Positions 52,343-61,860 of a stretch of 64,000 nt of DNA are shown here, piece by piece. The first letter of the stretch is position 1, and every line of letters starts with the position of its first letter. A program made the position numbers and the translations under genes. The notes under the pieces were generated by a model that worked only from the letters and a program-made list of their open reading frames with translations, did not search any database and had not been told where the DNA came from. The stretch lies in assembly GCA_965230295.1 (NCBI GenBank), contig OZ246001.1, positions 1,952,001 to 2,016,000 on the forward strand, in the 5' to 3' direction. Source of the stretch: Marinicella sp. Its GTDB lineage: Bacteria; Pseudomonadota; Gammaproteobacteria; Xanthomonadales; Marinicellaceae.

Positions 52343-53680
52343 ATGAAGGATTTAACCCAAGGGCCAATCCCCAAGCACATCATGGTGATGGCCATTCCGA
52401 TAGGCATCAGCATGTTGATCCAAACCCTTTACTATCTGGTGGATTTGTATTTTGTCGGTCAATTAGGCAAGGCATCTTTGGCGGGTGTCAGTGCAGCTGG
52501 CAATGTGTCATTTTTGATTTTGGCCCTGACCCAAATTTTGGGTGTGGGAACCCAAACGCTGATAGCACATGCGGTGGGTAGGAAAGACCAAGAAGATGCC
52601 AATTTGGTGTTCAACCAATCTTTGGCCTTGTCGGTTTTATTGGGGCTCATCACTTTGGCAGCTGGCTATGGCTTAAGCCACTGGTATCTTCATGTCATTT
52701 CTGAGGATTCACACACCATCAGTGAAGGCCTCACCTACTTGTATTGGTACATACCTGGCATGGCCGGCCAGTTTGCTTTGATTGCCATGGGATCAGCACT
52801 GCGGGGTACAGGTATCGTGATGCCAACCATGGTCATCCAATTCATCACCATTGTCTTGAACATGGTTCTTTCACCCATCTTAATTACCGGTTGGGCCACA
52901 GGTCAGCCCATGGGAGTGGCCGGTGCTGGTTTGGCTACGACCATTTCAGTGTGGGTGGCGGTGGTGATGTTGTGGTGGTATTTCGCCCGCATGGAAAAGT
53001 ATGTCAGTTATGCCGCTTCATTGGTGAAACCCAGATTGAGTACCTGGCAACGCATGTTGGGTATCGGGTTACCTGCTGGTGGTGAATTCATGTTGATGTT
53101 TATTTATATGGCTGTGATTTATTACGCCATCAGTGCTTTGGGTGCCTCTGCGCAAGCCGGCTTCGGTCTGGGGTCAAGAATCATGCAATCCATGTTCTTA
53201 CCGGCCATGGCGGTGGCTTTTGCGGCACCTGCAGTGGCCGGGCAAAACTTTGGAGCTCAATTATATGACCGGGTTAAGTCGACTTACCATTGGGCGGCAG
53301 GAATGAGCTTGGTCATCATGTTGGTGTTGACCTGGGTGGCTTTTTTCCATCCCATGGTTTTGGTGCGCAGCTTTTCTGAGGATGCTGAAACATTACAAGT
53401 GGCCAGCACCTTCCTGCATATGATTTGTTTTAACTTTGTGGCCTCCGGAATTATTTTTACCTGTTCAGGCATGTTTCAAGCTCTGGGGAAAACCTGGCCT
53501 GCTTTGTGGAGTACCGCTTCCAGATTGATCACCTTTGCCATTCCTGCCATTTGGTTATCACAACAAGCAGGTTTTCAGATTGAACAACTGTGGGTGGTTT
53601 CAGTCATCGCCGTTTTTATTCAGCTGTTCATCAGTTTGTGGTTGCTGAACAAGCAGTTTAAACACAGTTTTTCGGCTTAA
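52343..53680 (+). CDS. MATE-family efflux transporter
   Basis: DLTQGPI, LVDLYFVGQLG, MGVAGAGLAT, GQNFGA. Confidence 0.93.
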   Translation: MKDLTQGPIPKHIMVMAIPIGISMLIQTLYYLVDLYFVGQLGKASLAGVSAAGNVSFLILALTQILGVGTQTLIAHAVGRKDQEDANLVFNQSLALSVLLGLITLAAGYGLSHWYLHVISEDSHTISEGLTYLYWYIPGMAGQFALIAMGSALRGTGIVMPTMVIQFITIVLNMVLSPILITGWATGQPMGVAGAGLATTISVWVAVVMLWWYFARMEKYVSYAASLVKPRLSTWQRMLGIGLPAGGEFMLMFIYMAVIYYAISALGASAQAGFGLGSRIMQSMFLPAMAVAFAAPAVAGQNFGAQLYDRVKSTYHWAAGMSLVIMLVLTWVAFFHPMVLVRSFSEDAETLQVASTFLHMICFNFVASGIIFTCSGMFQALGKTWPALWSTASRLITFAIPAIWLSQQAGFQIEQLWVVSVIAVFIQLFISLWLLNKQFKHSFSA

Positions 53681-53716
53681 TACCAACATGTCAGAATAAT
53701 CAAAGGGGGAAATCAC

Positions 53717-54451
53717 ATGTCAATTGAGCCGAGCCATTCAGCATCAAGCAAAACCAACAAAGGCTTCTTTTACTGGGGCCTGATCATGTTGGTGGTGGCC
53801 CTGATTGGGTTTTGGCCCAGCTACTTCAGGCCATTATTCCAGCATACTTTCAACAGCCCGGTCAGCCTCACACATTGGCATGCCGCATTCACTTTTTTGT
53901 GGTTGCTGTTACTGGTGGTTCAACCTTTATTGGTGACCTTGCGGAAAATTAAGTGGCATCGAATGCTGGGTGGGTTGGGCCTGTTGACTGCCATTGGGGT
54001 GATTTATACCGGTTTTATGTTGCAGGTTCAGTTTATGCAACATTATTTCAATTTGCACGAATTGATTCATGCCGTCCAAGTGCCTTTTTTCAGGTTGATG
54101 ACACTGTTGGTTTTTACCGTCTGTATTGTTTTGGCCATGGCGATCAAAGACCGCAGCTGGCACAAAAGACTGTTGTTTTTGGGCACTTTTGCCATTTTAG
54201 AGGCGGCTTTTGCCCGGTTCTTTTTAAACTACTTTGGGATGCTTGAATTGTCTGGATTATTGGGCGCGGTTACCCACGTCGGTATCATGGTGTATTTTGT
54301 GATGTGGGATCGATTGCGTTTGGGGCGCTTTCATCCCGTCACCTTGTGGGGTGCGATTCTGATCACCCTGGTAACTTTTGGTACCGCACCGATTGCTGAC
54401 AGTGGCTGGTGGCTGGAGATAACACGAATCTTGGCAGATATGGCAAACTAA
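53717..54451 (+). CDS. Hypothetical integral membrane protein
   Basis: Multiple TMs with His motifs WHA, WHRMLG, WHKRL and FHPV. Confidence 0.75.
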   Translation: MSIEPSHSASSKTNKGFFYWGLIMLVVALIGFWPSYFRPLFQHTFNSPVSLTHWHAAFTFLWLLLLVVQPLLVTLRKIKWHRMLGGLGLLTAIGVIYTGFMLQVQFMQHYFNLHELIHAVQVPFFRLMTLLVFTVCIVLAMAIKDRSWHKRLLFLGTFAILEAAFARFFLNYFGMLELSGLLGAVTHVGIMVYFVMWDRLRLGRFHPVTLWGAILITLVTFGTAPIADSGWWLEITRILADMAN

Positions 54452-54551
54452 CTGATAACCCATTTTGGAAGGATTAAACCTAACTTTGTGCACATCAATT
54501 CGCATTCCATTTGCTTTATGATATTTATTCCTATTGCAGTAAACGCCTCAT

Positions 54552-55871
54552 ATGAATAAAAAATTAAACCGCAGAAAGTTCCTTGGTAAGTCTATTAAAG
54601 TGGGCGGAGCAGTGACGTTGTCTGCCACTTTGCTGCAATTGTCAGCCTGCTCTTCAGATGCCAAAGCGAGGCCATTACCTAATTTGGTTACTGACCTTCA
54701 AGGCATCTGTGATTTACCCAAAGGATTCACTTATCAAGTCATTTCTGCTTATGATGAAACCATGAGTGACGGTCATAAAGTCCCTGATTATCATGATGGC
54801 ATGGGTTGTTTTGCAGGACCCAAAGATGAAATCATTTTGGTCAGGAACCATGAAATCGCGGGGTATTTATTCAGAGATCCAGAATCACCAGAGCCAGATT
54901 TTGCCTATGACCCCAAAGCCTCTGGTGGTACTGTCACCATTCGGCTTGATCAGGACTTGAATGTGCTGGAACATTATTTAAGTCTGACTGGCACCATTGT
55001 TAACTGTTGTGGTGGTAAAACTCCATGGGGTACCTGGATCAGTTCTGAAGAAGCCAGCCCTACTACCTTCGGTGACACCTGGTTTATGGGTGAGCGTCAT
55101 GGCTATAATTTTGAAGTAGACCCACTTAAACCGTTACAAAAAGCCCAGCCATTGAAAGCCATGGGTCGATTTAAGCACGAAGCGGTGGCTTTTGATCCAG
55201 TCAGCGGTAAGGTCTATCAAACTGAAGATCAGATGAATGGTTGTTTTTATCAGTTCATACCCAAACACAAAACAGACATGTCACAAGGTGGTGTTTTACA
55301 AGCATTGAGATTTAAAGACAAAAACATCGTTCACAGCAGCCAAGATCAATTGGAGCTGAATAAAAAATACCCCTGTGAGTGGGTGACCATTGATGAACCT
55401 GATCCAGAAGAAGACACAGTCAGAAAGCAAGCCCAAGTCAAAGGTGCAGCGGTGTTTGTTCGTGGCGAAGGGGTGGTGGCTGATGCCGATGGCATCTATT
55501 TTGCTTGTACTTCAGGTGGTGCCGACGGGGTGGGACAAATTTTTAAGTACACACCCAATCCAGTCAACAATGAAGGTGTAATAGTATTGGTTTATGAGGC
55601 CAAAGAAGGTGGTTTGATTGAAAAGCCAGACAACATCACAGTCAATGCCTGGGGTGATTTAATCATCTGTGAAGACAACTCGCTGGATAAAAAATGCCTG
55701 CTTGGCCTGACGGCGACTGGACACATTTATCACATTGCGGCCAATAGCCAGGCAGAATGGGCTGGCGCTTGTTTTTCACCCGATGGCCAAACATTATTTG
55801 CCAACATCCACAAAGACCCAGGTATGACCATTGCCATTCGAGGCCCTTGGGAGACATTACGTCAAGTTTGA
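54552..55871 (+). CDS. PhoX-family (DUF839) alkaline phosphatase, Tat lipoprotein
   Basis: NRRKFL Tat motif, LSAC lipobox, NCCGGKTPWGTWISSEE, GRFKHEA, PDN, CED. Confidence 0.88.
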   Translation: MNKKLNRRKFLGKSIKVGGAVTLSATLLQLSACSSDAKARPLPNLVTDLQGICDLPKGFTYQVISAYDETMSDGHKVPDYHDGMGCFAGPKDEIILVRNHEIAGYLFRDPESPEPDFAYDPKASGGTVTIRLDQDLNVLEHYLSLTGTIVNCCGGKTPWGTWISSEEASPTTFGDTWFMGERHGYNFEVDPLKPLQKAQPLKAMGRFKHEAVAFDPVSGKVYQTEDQMNGCFYQFIPKHKTDMSQGGVLQALRFKDKNIVHSSQDQLELNKKYPCEWVTIDEPDPEEDTVRKQAQVKGAAVFVRGEGVVADADGIYFACTSGGADGVGQIFKYTPNPVNNEGVIVLVYEAKEGGLIEKPDNITVNAWGDLIICEDNSLDKKCLLGLTATGHIYHIAANSQAEWAGACFSPDGQTLFANIHKDPGMTIAIRGPWETLRQV

Positions 55872-55929
55872 TGTTTGACACACATGTATTCTTGCAGTTT
55901 AATAAATGGGTTAATAGTTGGAGATGGTT

Positions 55930-56292
55930 ATGACTGTGGCAGCCAATGTGGTGATCGGTTTGGTGGCATTTTTACATGTGTATTTCATGTTGCTTGAAAT
56001 GTTCTATTGGAACAAACCATTGGGGCTCAAAGCCTTTGGTTTGACCCAAGAGCAAGCGGATCAAAGCAAAACCCTGGCAGCCAATCAAGGCCTGTACAAT
56101 GGCTTTCTGGCCGCTGGCCTGATTTGGGGCTTAGCCTTGGGCGCCGCTGGTTTTCACATCAAAGCCTTTTTCTTGATCTGTGTGCTGATCGCTGGCCTGT
56201 TTGGTGCGGCCACTGCCAATAAAAAGATATTGTTTGTTCAGGCATTACCGGCTGCTGTGGGTTTGGCCTTGTTGTTTTTATCCATCAACTGA
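55930..56292 (+). CDS. DUF1304 membrane protein
   Basis: HVYFMLLEMF, ANQGLYNGFLA, VQALPA. Confidence 0.88.
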   Translation: MTVAANVVIGLVAFLHVYFMLLEMFYWNKPLGLKAFGLTQEQADQSKTLAANQGLYNGFLAAGLIWGLALGAAGFHIKAFFLICVLIAGLFGAATANKKILFVQALPAAVGLALLFLSIN

Positions 56293-56301
56293 AATTGAAA
56301 T

Positions 56302-57618
56302 GTGAATAAAGTTGTTTTTTTCATCCTTTGGGTTGTTGGACTTGCTGCAACCATATTTGGAGTTGTCATACTGATCAACACAGCCACTTTTGATGAAGAT
56401 CTGGTTCCTGAAATAGTAACCATCAAAAACATTCAGGCCAAGCCCTTTTCTGATGAAGATGCATTGCCAGCTTTGTATGCCATTCATGGTTCTCTGGATC
56501 AAGACTTTCAAGCACTTACAGAAAAATTCAGGCATGCATTGAATCAAGAAATCAAGCAAACTGGTTTAGATTTTTTGTCATTTGATGTATTCGAAACTTT
56601 GGCAGAAATCGACCAATACTTACCATGGCCTGAGGGATATCCTGATTGCCGCATCAGAAATGACTCCCAATGCATGTCGAAATTGTTCAATGCATTGAAA
56701 CAAAAACCTTTGACGGATGCTACTTATCTGGCATTGTTGTCACGATACCAGGCACTTACCCAAAAGACAGTATTCAGTGACCAAACCCAGTTGAATTTTG
56801 ATTCGCCTTTTACTCCTTTTTCATTACCTATCAGACTGCAAAAACTTTATTTGGCAACTGAATACATTGAGCAAGATCCTGATTTATTTTTTATCACAGC
56901 ACTTAAAGATTTTAATTTTTGGCGTATGGTGTTGAAAGAAAGTCATTTATTGATTACCAAAATGGTTGCAGTGACTGCAATGCGTCATGACATTGCGATC
57001 ATATCTGAAGGGGTAAAGCAAGGTCGACTCAACGCAGCCCTTTTGCTGAAAGACAAACATCAAATGTTGCCTTTAAACCAAGATGAAATGAATATGGAAC
57101 GCACATTTGAGTATGAGTTTAAGTACTCAATGGATTTGGTGTATGCAATAGAAGATGAACCTGAATATGCAGTAGGGTTCTTTGATTTTTTTCAGCCGAA
57201 GGCCACATTAAATCTCAATTATGATGTGATGACACGTCCTGCCAAAAAGCTGGCCGCATTCGACTCTTTGGAATTATTTAATTACATCAAGCAGGCTAAG
57301 TCTGGAGTCGTGGATGATCAGTTGTCACTTTGGCAACCCAGAAACTGGTATAACTTTGTCGGTAAATCGTTGATCAAGGTCGCGGCTCCGAACTATTTTG
57401 ATTATTTTGGCCGTGTACATGATACCAATGGCATGATCCATTTGCTGAACTTACAAATGGAATTAGCAAAGCACCCGGAATTACCTGCTGAGCAGGTCAT
57501 TTTTCAATCCAAGTGGGTCAATCCATATACCATGAATCCGATGTCATATGATGCCTTGAAGCAGCGCATATATTTTGAATGCCTCGATGAGAGTTCAGTT
57601 TGTGAGTTGTATTTATAA
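56302..57618 (+). CDS. Hypothetical membrane-anchored protein
   Basis: 438 aa ORF, GTG start, N-terminal TM. Confidence 0.75.
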   Translation: MNKVVFFILWVVGLAATIFGVVILINTATFDEDLVPEIVTIKNIQAKPFSDEDALPALYAIHGSLDQDFQALTEKFRHALNQEIKQTGLDFLSFDVFETLAEIDQYLPWPEGYPDCRIRNDSQCMSKLFNALKQKPLTDATYLALLSRYQALTQKTVFSDQTQLNFDSPFTPFSLPIRLQKLYLATEYIEQDPDLFFITALKDFNFWRMVLKESHLLITKMVAVTAMRHDIAIISEGVKQGRLNAALLLKDKHQMLPLNQDEMNMERTFEYEFKYSMDLVYAIEDEPEYAVGFFDFFQPKATLNLNYDVMTRPAKKLAAFDSLELFNYIKQAKSGVVDDQLSLWQPRNWYNFVGKSLIKVAAPNYFDYFGRVHDTNGMIHLLNLQMELAKHPELPAEQVIFQSKWVNPYTMNPMSYDALKQRIYFECLDESSVCELYL

Positions 57619-58749
57619 TCATTTACCCTTGCTTTTTTTACCATTGAGTAACCAGCCAATCGGTGACCACCTGACCAGACCGGCATAGCTGATCAAGCCA
57701 ATGCCAAAGGTGATCACGGTCGAAAGGAAAAATTCCAGCCACATCTTCCATTGTAGATCTAAAAACGCATACTGCACCACAAACAACACCGGGATGTGGG
57801 TGATGTAAATCCAATAGGATGAATCGGCGATGTAGCGGATGGTTTTGTTGTGCTGATTGAGCCAGCGGTGGCCGGCGATCAAGCATGCCAGGGTCATGTA
57901 CCAGGCAGTGATGCTTTCGGAAATGGCCATCAATAAGGTGCCTTCCATCGCTGGAACCCGGTACAGGAAATAACCGTAGCTGCCCATGCCGATCAACAAC
58001 AGCCAAGGTAAATAAGGGTATAGCTGTTTGATCAAGTTTTGGTGTTTGAATAACAAGGCGCCGATCACAAAGAACAGACCATACAAGCCAAAAGGCCACA
58101 ACAGCGGTTTCAAAGTTTCAGGAGCCGGGTGGGGCGCATTGATGCTGTAAAACACCGGAATCAATAACAAGGGCATCACAAAAACCATCACCCAAGGCCG
58201 CATCAGTTGTGCCAACCATTGACTTTGCATCACCCGCAATAAGCGCAGGCCGAGTAACACCAAGTAAAAGAAGCACAGGTAATACAAGAACCACAGGTGC
58301 GAGGTGTTGATTGGCATGTTGTCCGTCGCACCTGATTGGGCACTGTTGATCATGAAATACAAGGCTGGTGAAGGTTTTTCTACATGCACGGCAGCCCATT
58401 CAATGCCAGCCACAATGGCCCACAGCACCAAGGGTAGAAAGATGACAAAGGGCAGCAGCACTCGCAGACCGCGGTTATAGAGAAACCTCAGCAGACCGCG
58501 TTTTTCAATCAGGTAAGTGGCAAAGAATCCAGCGATCAAGAAAAACAGTGGCATCCGAAACAAATGACTGAACCAGGCAAACACGTCTATTGCAGGTGAT
58601 TGTTGGTCGGCCGTTGGCCAGAAAAAGTGCAGCATGGGACTGTAAGCCAAACTGGCATGGAACACCACACCGGTCAGCATCGCCAGAGCGCGCAAGTTGT
58701 CCATATAATGGTAACGAACACCTGGTTTTATGGTGGCTTCAGTATTCAT
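57619..58749 (-). CDS. Acyltransferase family 3 (OpgC/MdoC-like)
   Basis: RYHYMDNLRA, FRMPLFFLIAGFF, HLWFLYYL, SYWIYITH. Confidence 0.9.
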   Translation of the reverse strand: MNTEATIKPGVRYHYMDNLRALAMLTGVVFHASLAYSPMLHFFWPTADQQSPAIDVFAWFSHLFRMPLFFLIAGFFATYLIEKRGLLRFLYNRGLRVLLPFVIFLPLVLWAIVAGIEWAAVHVEKPSPALYFMINSAQSGATDNMPINTSHLWFLYYLCFFYLVLLGLRLLRVMQSQWLAQLMRPWVMVFVMPLLLIPVFYSINAPHPAPETLKPLLWPFGLYGLFFVIGALLFKHQNLIKQLYPYLPWLLLIGMGSYGYFLYRVPAMEGTLLMAISESITAWYMTLACLIAGHRWLNQHNKTIRYIADSSYWIYITHIPVLFVVQYAFLDLQWKMWLEFFLSTVITFGIGLISYAGLVRWSPIGWLLNGKKSKGK

Positions 58750-59453
58750 AGGAAATCCTTTTTACGGCCCTGGATGTAATAGGTCAGCAACAAGACAACT
58801 GCGATGAATATGAATTCAGCCGCGATGATGGTCATGGCGGTACCATTCCACACGGCAGATGTACTGTCCATGTGGACTTTGATGTCATTGACACTGGAGA
58901 GCCAAAACATGAACAGCGAAAGTCCAATGTTGGTCAAGGCCATGATCACAATGGTCCAGGTTTGCGATTCACTGATCAAACCCACAGCCAACAACAGGAA
59001 GAACACACACAACATTTCTAACATCAGAATGGTGGCATACACTGCCAGTCCATCAGGGATCTGCGGTTGACTGTAGATCACCGCCAACAGGCCGCCCACC
59101 ATGATCAACCAAAAGATCATGAATGCGGTTACATTGGCACAAACCTTGGCGTGGGTGTATTGCAGAAAGGTGATGGGCAAGCTCATGACGAAGGCCAGGG
59201 TCTGATCATTGCGGTCGTTGATGACGGTGTTGAAAATCAATTGTGCCATGGCGACTATGATCATAGACAACAGAATCACAGAGCCGGCGTAAAAGGGGCC
59301 TTTGGCTTCGAAAGTCAATAACCACAGGCTGATCAAACCCATGACCAAATACAGCACCAATGGACCGATGTTCAATTGAATGTCCTTGACGATCAAAGCT
59401 TGAATGATGCCTGGTTTTTTTGTGAAAACTGGATTTTCATTGAAAGTGTTCAT
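58746..59453 (-). CDS. ABC-2 transporter permease
   Basis: LIVKD, SLPIT...YTHAK, six TMs. Confidence 0.85.
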   Translation of the reverse strand: MNTFNENPVFTKKPGIIQALIVKDIQLNIGPLVLYLVMGLISLWLLTFEAKGPFYAGSVILLSMIIVAMAQLIFNTVINDRNDQTLAFVMSLPITFLQYTHAKVCANVTAFMIFWLIMVGGLLAVIYSQPQIPDGLAVYATILMLEMLCVFFLLLAVGLISESQTWTIVIMALTNIGLSLFMFWLSSVNDIKVHMDSTSAVWNGTAMTIIAAEFIFIAVVLLLTYYIQGRKKDFL

Positions 59454-60367
59454 GCCGCGACTCCGGTTTTGATCTGGTTTCTTTTGGCTTCAACTTCAGC
59501 CACAAAAATTTCTTCCAGGCTCATGTAGTTCACTTGTTGAACGGTGGCACCTTGAGATTCAAGCTGGCCCAGAATCGATTCTTCAAAATCCTTGATGACC
59601 AGATTGGCCGTGTGGCCGCGCTGGATGATCTCCTTGATTTGGTCATTGACTTGGATACGGTGTGCATCATCTACCCGCAGCCGCACCCGGCGCCAATTTT
59701 CGATGTATGATTCTTTGTCATTGCTGCTGACCAATTGGCCGCGATCGATGAAGGTGATTTGGTCTGATAACTGTTCTACATCCTGGGTGTTGTGTGAAGA
59801 AAATAAGACGCTGCGATTTTCATCGTTCAACACCGCCATCATTTCATTCAGCACCTCTTTGCGTGCCACGGGATCCAATCCAGTGGTGGGTTCATCCAGG
59901 ATCAACAACCGTGGGTGCCTGGCCAGCATCAGCAACAAACTGGCTTTGACCCGTTGTCCATGAGACATGCCTTTGATTTTTTGGGCTGGAATTAAATCAA
60001 AATTTTGAATCAGCTTTTCGGCATATTGGTGATCCCATTGGTCAGGAAATATGTGTGCGATGAAATTCATGTGCCAATCCAGTGTGGCATTTTTATACAG
60101 TCGCATGTCTTCAGAAGCATAACCAATGAAGTTCTTTGCCAACACTTGTGCCTCAGGTATCCGGTGGCCAAACACCTCGACTTGCCCCTGATCTGCACCT
60201 ACCAAGCCCATCAGAATGCGTATGATGGTGGATTTACCGGCACCGTTTGGGCCAATCAAACCCATGATGCCACCCGTCGGCAGTTCAAGGCTTATGTCTT
60301 GCAGCTTGAAATGTTCATAACGGCGACTCACGCCTTGCATCCGGAATGCTGATTCACTCATGTTCAT
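59450..60367 (-). CDS. ABC transporter ATP-binding protein
   Basis: GPNGAGKST, MSHGQ, LDEPTTGLD, SSH. Confidence 0.95.
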   Translation of the reverse strand: MNMSESAFRMQGVSRRYEHFKLQDISLELPTGGIMGLIGPNGAGKSTIIRILMGLVGADQGQVEVFGHRIPEAQVLAKNFIGYASEDMRLYKNATLDWHMNFIAHIFPDQWDHQYAEKLIQNFDLIPAQKIKGMSHGQRVKASLLLMLARHPRLLILDEPTTGLDPVARKEVLNEMMAVLNDENRSVLFSSHNTQDVEQLSDQITFIDRGQLVSSNDKESYIENWRRVRLRVDDAHRIQVNDQIKEIIQRGHTANLVIKDFEESILGQLESQGATVQQVNYMSLEEIFVAEVEAKRNQIKTGVAA

Positions 60368-60743
60368 CTCCTGAGTCAGCCAGCTCTTTGAGTCTGGCCA
60401 TCAATTCTTCTGTGCTGATACCAAATGACTTGGCATGTTCTAAAGCACTGGTCAAGTGTTTATCTATTTCTGTTTGCATGATTTGATCTCCTAAATCATC
60501 GTTCTGTGCCACAAAAGACCCGACGCCCGCTTGGGTCATCAACACACCTTCATGTTCAAGTTCCTGATAAGCCCGTTTGACAGTGATGACGCTGACTTGG
60601 GTGGCTACGGCCAATTCACGGATGGACGGTACTTTGGCACCTGGGTGCCAATCACCAACAGCAATCAGTTGTTTGATTTGTTCCATGATTTGTAAATACA
60701 TGGGCCGGCCATCGGTTTGTGATAAGACTAAATATGGGTCCAT
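60354..60743 (-). CDS. GntR-family regulator, YtrA subfamily
   Basis: PMYLQI, PSIRELA, TVKRAYQELE; short C-domain; precedes ABC genes. Confidence 0.92.
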   Translation of the reverse strand: MDPYLVLSQTDGRPMYLQIMEQIKQLIAVGDWHPGAKVPSIRELAVATQVSVITVKRAYQELEHEGVLMTQAGVGSFVAQNDDLGDQIMQTEIDKHLTSALEHAKSFGISTEELMARLKELADSGDEHE

Positions 60744-60754
60744 TGTTCACTTTC

Positions 60755-60784
60755 TGTATATATTATATATGCACAGTATATACA
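60755..60784. promoter_or_regulatory. Putative YtrA/GntR operator
   Basis: Inverted repeat TGTATATA-N14-TATATACA 11 nt upstream of the GntR start codon. Confidence 0.65.
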
Positions 60785-60936
60785 CGACATGCACGGAGTC
60801 AAGTTTTTTCGGACAATTGATTCGTAAATCTACTTATTTTTCAACTTTTAGATTAATTGCTCTAATGGGTTCAGCCAACATCGAAACTGAACTGTACAAG
60901 CTGTTTGTTAAGCATCAGGAAGCGAGGATTAAGAGT

Positions 60937-61221
60937 ATGCAAAAAGCGTTAACATTAATGATTATGGTGGTTTTAGGTGGTCAAATCAGGGCTCAAGACA
61001 TCACAGAAAGTGACTTGTTTGGCATGAACCAAACCCATCAATTTGAAACGATTGATCAAATGGCGGCCTATATCAAGGACCAAAAACCAACCACTTACCG
61101 ATATTATCTAAGACTGAATGCCCCAGCCAGAAAACGAGTTTGGCAACAACTCCAAGCCGACCAAAATTCAGACATCACCGAAATGGTTTTGGAAGAATAC
61201 CGGCACCGACCCAGGGGGTGA
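60937..61221 (+). CDS. Small secreted hypothetical protein
   Basis: GAGG SD, signal peptide MQKALTLMIMVVLGGQIRA. Confidence 0.65.
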   Translation: MQKALTLMIMVVLGGQIRAQDITESDLFGMNQTHQFETIDQMAAYIKDQKPTTYRYYLRLNAPARKRVWQQLQADQNSDITEMVLEEYRHRPRG

Positions 61222-61303
61222 TAACGACAGGTCTCACTGAATCAAACGGAGAACTGTCGGACAGTTCGACCAGCGCAGGTAATGAAAGCATGATGGTTTA
61301 CCT

Positions 61304-61718
61304 GAAAGGTAATAAGCCTTGCTTGAATACCGTAGCGCGTGCACTCGGTTAGGCAGATCATGTAAGAATGGCGATTTGACAAAGTCAAGAAGCCTTGATG
61401 GAATGATCGATAAGCCGTGAAGCTAAAGCTAAGCTGGTCGCTTCCGCATCGATCCCCAGGACGGGGTGAATGCAGAGAATTGTTGGGAACAATTCCTGCC
61501 TGCTCTCGCGACAGACCTACATCCTTGTAGGCCAGTCAGAGAGTGTAAGCCCGAGGTACTATGCTATGGCCGCTGCGGCCGCTTTCACTTTTGTAGGAAC
61601 AGACATGCAGTGCGAAGCAACTGCTCAGACAATAGTCTGTAAAGGTCGGTTTATTTGCGCAGCAAATATGAAGACCTGTCAGACCATGAACCAGAATGAA
61701 GTCCCAAGGACATTCCTT
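61304..61718. repeat. Modular MITE-like repeat, copy E (inverted, divergent, largest)
   Basis: Reverse complement aligns to copy D from about 61346 to 61718; 92-nt module identical; left boundary approximate. Confidence 0.88.
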
Positions 61719-61860
61719 AATTGATTTGGTCATTAATTTTGGCTTCAAGGCCAGATGAATTATAATGACTGCTTTGATTCAATGAGCCTATCAATTTGAA
61801 ACAACAAATAAGATCCAACACATTTGATCACAACGGCCACTGTTGTCAGTGGGGGCCAAA

